Assembly (NCBI GenBank): GCA_963782705.1
Contig: CAWAKX010000033.1
Location: 160,196-224,195 of the forward strand
Origin: an uncultured Actinomycetes bacterium
GTDB lineage: Bacteria > Actinomycetota > Acidimicrobiia > IMCC26256 > DASPTH01
Length of the DNA: 64,000 bases
Direction: 5' to 3'
Below, piece after piece: positions 60,190-64,000 of the stretch. The position numbers were made by a program, and so were the translations under genes. The notes under the pieces were generated by a model. The model was not told the DNA's origin, made no database searches, and worked only from the letters and a program-made list of their open reading frames with translations. How positions within the stretch are numbered: the stretch's first letter is position 1; every line of letters starts with the position of its first letter.

Positions 60190-60665
60190 CCATGGATCTC
60201 TCGAAGTACCACCTCACGGTGTCGGTGACGGTCGCGGCGTCGCCCGAAGCCGTCTACGACATCATCTCCGACGTCACCCGTGTGGGTGAATTCAGTCCCG
60301 TCTGCAAGTCGGCCGAGTGGACGGCCGACGACCACAGCGCCTTCGCCGGCACCAACGAGATGGGCGATCGCCAGTGGACCACGCACTGCCGCGTCGACGT
60401 GGCGGAGCGGGGCAAGGAGTTCACGTTCGTGAACCAGGGCCAGGACGGTGCGAATGACCTCGTGCGCTGGTCGTACACGTTCGCCCCGTCGGGTGACGGC
60501 ACCGAGGTGTCGGAGCACTGGCAGCTCCTGCCGGCCTACCCCGAGCTGTTCGCGGGGCGCATGAGCGACGAGGACACGGTGGCCCAGCTCGACGCGTCGA
60601 TCGACCGCACGCGCGGCAGCATCGAGGCGACGCTCGCCGCGCTGAAGGCCGCCGCCGAATCCTGA
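60190..60665 (+). CDS. SRPBCC (START/polyketide cyclase-like) family protein
   Basis: MDLSKYHLTVSVTVAASPEAVYDIISDVTRVGEFSPVCKSAEWTADD... Confidence 0.75.
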
Positions 60666-60674
60666 CGCGATGGA

Positions 60675-61403
60675 TCAGGTGGTGGCGGCGTGGAGGCGGT
60701 GCTCGTAGACGTCGGCGAGGGCGCGCAGCGCGCCCGGCGCGTCGCCGGTGTACGACGAGCCGTGCATGATCGCCAGCGTCGTGGGTGCGAGCTCCGCGAG
60801 GCCGCGGATGGTCGGCGCGGTGGACGGCGTGAGGCACGTCGCCCCGAACACGTCCTCCGCCTCGGTCGCCGGCCCGACGACGTCGTCGCTGGTGAGCGCG
60901 GGACCGTCACCGAGGTGGCTGAACAGGTCGCCGCAGAGCAGCGTGCCGGTGGTCTCCTCGAAGAGCACGTGCGCGTCCCAGCCGTGGGGGACGTGCGGGG
61001 TCTCGATCGCCCGCACGCGCTTGCCACCGAGGTCGAACACCGTGTCGGGCGCCATCGGGAACGGCTCGCGCGCGGCCTGGTCGGCCACGCTCACCATGCA
61101 GCCCAACGCGCCGTGGGCCACTTCGGCATTGGCGGCGACGCCGAGGAAGTCGTTCATGGCGCCACATTCGTCGGCCTCGTAGTGGCCGAACGTGATCCAG
61201 CGCAGCTGGTCGAGCGGCGTGACCGTCGCCACCGCGGCACTCACCGACGGGAACATCGCGCGCGGTCCCGTGTGGAAGAGCAACGACTCGTCGGCGCCCC
61301 GCACCACGAACTGGTTGAACGTGAAGCCGGTGGGTCCGATGTCGGGCACGAGCGTGGAGAGGCGGAAGACGCCGTCGGCGATCTCGTCGATGCGGGTGTC
61401 CAT
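60675..61403 (-). CDS. MBL-fold metallo-hydrolase
   Basis: MDTRIDEIADGVFRLSTLVPDIGPTGFTFNQFVVRGADESLLFHTGPRAMFPSVSAAVATVTPLDQLRWITFGHYEADECGAMNDFL... Confidence 0.75.
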   Translation of the reverse strand: MDTRIDEIADGVFRLSTLVPDIGPTGFTFNQFVVRGADESLLFHTGPRAMFPSVSAAVATVTPLDQLRWITFGHYEADECGAMNDFLGVAANAEVAHGALGCMVSVADQAAREPFPMAPDTVFDLGGKRVRAIETPHVPHGWDAHVLFEETTGTLLCGDLFSHLGDGPALTSDDVVGPATEAEDVFGATCLTPSTAPTIRGLAELAPTTLAIMHGSSYTGDAPGALRALADVYEHRLHAATT

Positions 61404-61446
61404 GGGTGCTCCTGTCCGCGCCCGGATGGGCGCTCCTGAGGGATGC

Positions 61447-62199
61447 CTAGAGGGGAAGCGAGTTCGTACGCACGATCCCCGAGTCGGGGAGACGGCCCGA
61501 GACCACGCGCACGAACTCGACCGCGTCGAGCTCCTGACGCGTGTCCACCGGTGCCGCGGGTGAAGACGCCGCCGGCCGGGCCGGTGAGCACGAGCTCGTA
61601 GGCGAGGTCGTGCAGGTCGCCCCATTCGCCCACCATGTCGGCCACCAGGCGGCCGTCGTGCTCGGCGGTGAGCTCGAGCTCGCGCCCCGTGCGCCTGCGC
61701 GATGTCGATGCGGTGGGCGAAGACGTCGCGCGTGAACCCGACGTCGAGGAGGTAGCTCAATCGCTGCCAGCCGACGGGCTCGGGGAAGAAGATCGGGAGG
61801 TGGCGCATCGGCGCCGGGGTGCGCCAGCGTCCCCGCACGGCCTTCGGGCCCACGGCTTCGAGCTGTGCGACCAGCTCGGCGTTGGTCAGCTGCGCGCGGT
61901 CGCGGATCTGCAGCTTCGTTCACGCCGTCGACGAAGTGGTGCGCGTCGGGCATGGTCCGGGCGAACCGGTAGCCCGTGACGAACTGGTGCAGGAACTCCT
62001 TGACCGAGGCCTGCGCGTCGGCCGCGCCGAGCACGTGCAACGACAGCTTGCGCACGTCCCAGAGGGTGCAGTCGGTGGGGGCGCGCCATTCGTCGTCGGT
62101 GAGCGACGCGTTGAGCGCGGCGTAGCGACGGAACTCCTCGAGCGCGATCCGCTTCGCCTCATCCCGCGCGATGCGCGCCGCGTTGGTCGTCGTCGTCAT
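61447..62199 (-). CDS. TIGR03083 (mycothiol-dependent maleylpyruvate isomerase N-terminal/DinB-like) family protein, 2 frameshifts
   Basis: MTTTTNAARIARDEAKRIALEEFRRYAALNASLTDDEWRAPTDCTLWDVRKLSLHVLGAADAQASVKEFLHQF... Further segments appear in frames 60675-61853 and 61241-61645, ending ...VDTRQELDAVEFVRVVSGRLPDSGIVRTNSLPL*. Confidence 0.6.
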   Translation of the reverse strand: MTTTTNAARIARDEAKRIALEEFRRYAALNASLTDDEWRAPTDCTLWDVRKLSLHVLGAADAQASVKEFLHQFVTGYRFARTMPDAHHFVDGVNEAADPRPRAADQRRAGRTARSRGPEGRAGTLAHPGADAPPPDLLPRARRLAAIELPPRRRVHARRLRPPHRHRAGARGASSSSPPSTTAAWWPTWWANGATCTTSPTSSCSPARPAASSPAAPVDTRQELDAVEFVRVVSGRLPDSGIVRTNSLPL

Positions 62200-62781
62200 G
62201 CGCTGCACTCCTCGCGGGGCGTCGTCGACGTAGAGGTCGACGAGACGGTCGAGATGGCGGACCCAGCGGTCGCCGCCGGGGTCGTTGCTGAGCTGCGCGT
62301 CGAGGATGCCGGCGACCATCGCGACGATGCAGTCGACGTCGCCCGGGTCGGTGACGCCGGCGACGTGCAGCAGGGCCACGCTCTGGGCGAGCACCTGCTC
62401 GGCGACCGCGTACGACTCCGGCGTGGGCTCGAAGCCGGGGATCGTCCGGGTGAAGAGCAGCGTGTGGCACTCGGGGTGGTCGAGCGAGAACTGCACGAAC
62501 TCGCGGAGGTGCGCCTTGCCGGCGGCCACCGGGTCGTCGGGGAGGTCGAGCGCGTCGAGGCGGGCGAGGAGGCGGCGGTTGCCGTCGGCGAACATCGCGT
62601 CGTAGAGCGCGTGCTTCGAGTCGAAGTAGGAGTAGAGCGACGGCTGACGCATGCCGACCCGCCGGGCGAGCTCGTGGAGCGAGATGCCCGCCACGCCCTC
62701 GTCGCGGGCGAGCTCCCAGGCCACCGCCACGATCTCGGCGATGCGCTCCTCACGCCGTTGCTGCACCTTCGTTCCTATCAT
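62197..62781 (-). CDS. TetR family transcriptional regulator (no in-frame stop before the downstream gene)
   Basis: MIGTKVQQRREERIAEIVAVAWELARDEGVAGISLHELARRVGMRQPSLYSYFDSKHALYDAM is the HTH_TetR region. About 196 aa then run straight into MTTTT... of the next gene. Confidence 0.75.
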
Positions 62782-62882
62782 CGATAGGTAGTTTACCTAT
62801 TAGTGATAGGATGTCAAGGGCGCCGAGGTGGGGTTGACTGCTCGGCAGCCGATCGTTCGGCGCCGAGACGAGGAGGCCACTG

Positions 62883-63389
62883 ATGGACCGCGACGACCTG
62901 AAGGCGATCCAGTCGCCGTTGAAGGAGCGCTACGTCGCCGAGCCCGAGGCCGCCCGGATCACCCTCCGCGCCGAGGGCTCGTTGGGCGAGGGGATCAGCT
63001 GCAAGGTGTCGACCGGACGGGCCATCGCCGAGGCCGGACTCCATCCCGCCACCGGGGGCGACGGCACGCTGCTCTGCTCCGGCGACATGCTCCTCGAGGC
63101 GCTCGCCGCCTGCGCGGGGGTGACCCTGCGGTCGGTGGCGACGTCGATCGACGTGCCGGTGCGCGGCGGCACCGTGCATGCCGAGGGCGATCTCGACTTC
63201 CGCGGCACCCTCGCCGTCGACCGCGGCGCGCCGGTCGGCTTCATCGACATCCGCCTGTCGTTCGCGCTCGACACCGACGCGACCGACGAGCAGCTCGACA
63301 CCTTGCTGAAGCTCACCGAGCGCTACTGCGTGGTGCTCCAGACCCTCGCCCGCTCGCCGGCGCTGTCGGTGTCGCGCACACGCGTCTGA
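62883..63389 (+). CDS. OsmC/Ohr family peroxiredoxin-like protein
   Basis: ...GDGTLLCSGDMLLEALAACAGVTLRSVATSIDVP...LKLTERYCVVLQTLARSP has the two conserved Cys. Confidence 0.8.
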   Translation: MDRDDLKAIQSPLKERYVAEPEAARITLRAEGSLGEGISCKVSTGRAIAEAGLHPATGGDGTLLCSGDMLLEALAACAGVTLRSVATSIDVPVRGGTVHAEGDLDFRGTLAVDRGAPVGFIDIRLSFALDTDATDEQLDTLLKLTERYCVVLQTLARSPALSVSRTRV

Positions 63390-63453
63390 GCGCGACGCGC
63401 CCGACGGCCGAAACGCGCGGCGCGCGGCGTCCCCGCCTCCGTAGGCTGCGCGC

Positions 63454-64000
63454 ATGGCACGAGTCCACGAATCGATCGGCGCCGCGCTGGCCGGCTGGAT
63501 CGCCGAACAGCCGATGTTCTTCGTCGGCACCGCGCCGCTCGCGGGTGACGGCCACGTCAACGTGTCGCCGAAGGGCCTCGGCGGATCGTTCGCGGTGCTC
63601 GGTCCGCGCGAGGTCGCGTACCTCGACCTCACCGGGAGCGGCGTCGAGACGATCGCGCATCTCCGCGAGAACGGCCGCATCACGCTGATGTGGTGCGCGT
63701 TCAGTGGCCCGCCGCGGATCGTGCGGGTCGCGGGCGCCGGTCGCGTGGTGTTCGCCGACGACCCCGCGTGCGACGCGCTGCTCGCGCGCTTCCCGGACCC
63801 CGCGGCGGTCACTCGACTGCGCACGGGGTTGCGCTCGGTGATCGTGGTCGACGTCGACCGTGTCGCCGACTCGTGCGGCTACGGGGTCCCCCGCATGGAC
63901 CTGCTCGGCGAGCGCGACCAGCTCGTCACCTGGGCCGACGGCAAGGGCGCCGAGGGCCTCGCCGAGTACCGCGCCACCCGGAATGTGACGAGTGTCGACG
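63454..64000 (+). CDS. pyridoxamine 5'-phosphate oxidase-like (FMN/F420-binding split-barrel) family protein, 3' end beyond window
   Basis: MARVHESIGAALAGWIAEQPMFFVGTAPLAGDGHVNVSPKGLGGSFAVLGPREVAYLDLTGSGVETIAHLRENGRITLMWCAF... Confidence 0.7.
   Translation, partial: MARVHESIGAALAGWIAEQPMFFVGTAPLAGDGHVNVSPKGLGGSFAVLGPREVAYLDLTGSGVETIAHLRENGRITLMWCAFSGPPRIVRVAGAGRVVFADDPACDALLARFPDPAAVTRLRTGLRSVIVVDVDRVADSCGYGVPRMDLLGERDQLVTWADGKGAEGLAEYRATRNVTSVD

Overview
This is a high-GC (about 70%+) chromosomal window from an actinobacterium. The lineage hallmarks are an MMPL transporter, a LAxTG sortase-E sorting signal, a TIGR03083 mycothiol-type domain, DUF2510 and a TIGR04338 metallohydrolase. I can support about 65 protein-coding genes and one tRNA-Cys(GCA). 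There are no rRNA genes, CRISPR arrays, transposases or integrases. The content is housekeeping and envelope/lipid metabolism: citrate synthase, fatty-acid desaturase, two FadD acyl-CoA synthetases, an MMPL transporter, two ABC-2 exporters, an ABC-F ATPase, flotillin, a CDF transporter, Ku plus a stand-alone LigD polymerase domain, an L,D-transpeptidase, leucyl/phenylalanyl-tRNA-protein transferase, GH15 plus aldose epimerase, and a lactate-dehydrogenase-like FMN enzyme.

Two caveats apply throughout. First, roughly half of the recognisable genes are broken by single-base frameshifts, and the breaks are unevenly distributed: several 2-kb genes are intact while nearby 1-kb genes carry 4-5 shifts. 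This looks like indel assembly error, local gene decay, or both. Second, because GC is so high, every frame carries long spurious Arg/Pro/Ala-rich ORFs, and I ignored those. Some coordinates were hand-counted and may be off by 1-2 bp.

The parts most worth a second look are these:
- A tight tandem pair of unannotated 40/47-aa cysteine-knuckle ORFs (43382-43652) sits between two acyl-CoA synthetases and an alpha/beta hydrolase.
- A translationally coupled thioesterase - epimerase - DegT aminotransferase - GT2 operon (16051-19630), with an opposing methyltransferase, resembles a lipid or polyprenyl-phosphate amino-sugar modification pathway.
- The roughly 3-kb region downstream of tRNA-Cys (48280-51487) holds an ~820-bp AT-shifted non-coding stretch, a 31-bp tandem repeat, orphan small ORFs and an SDR gene remnant.
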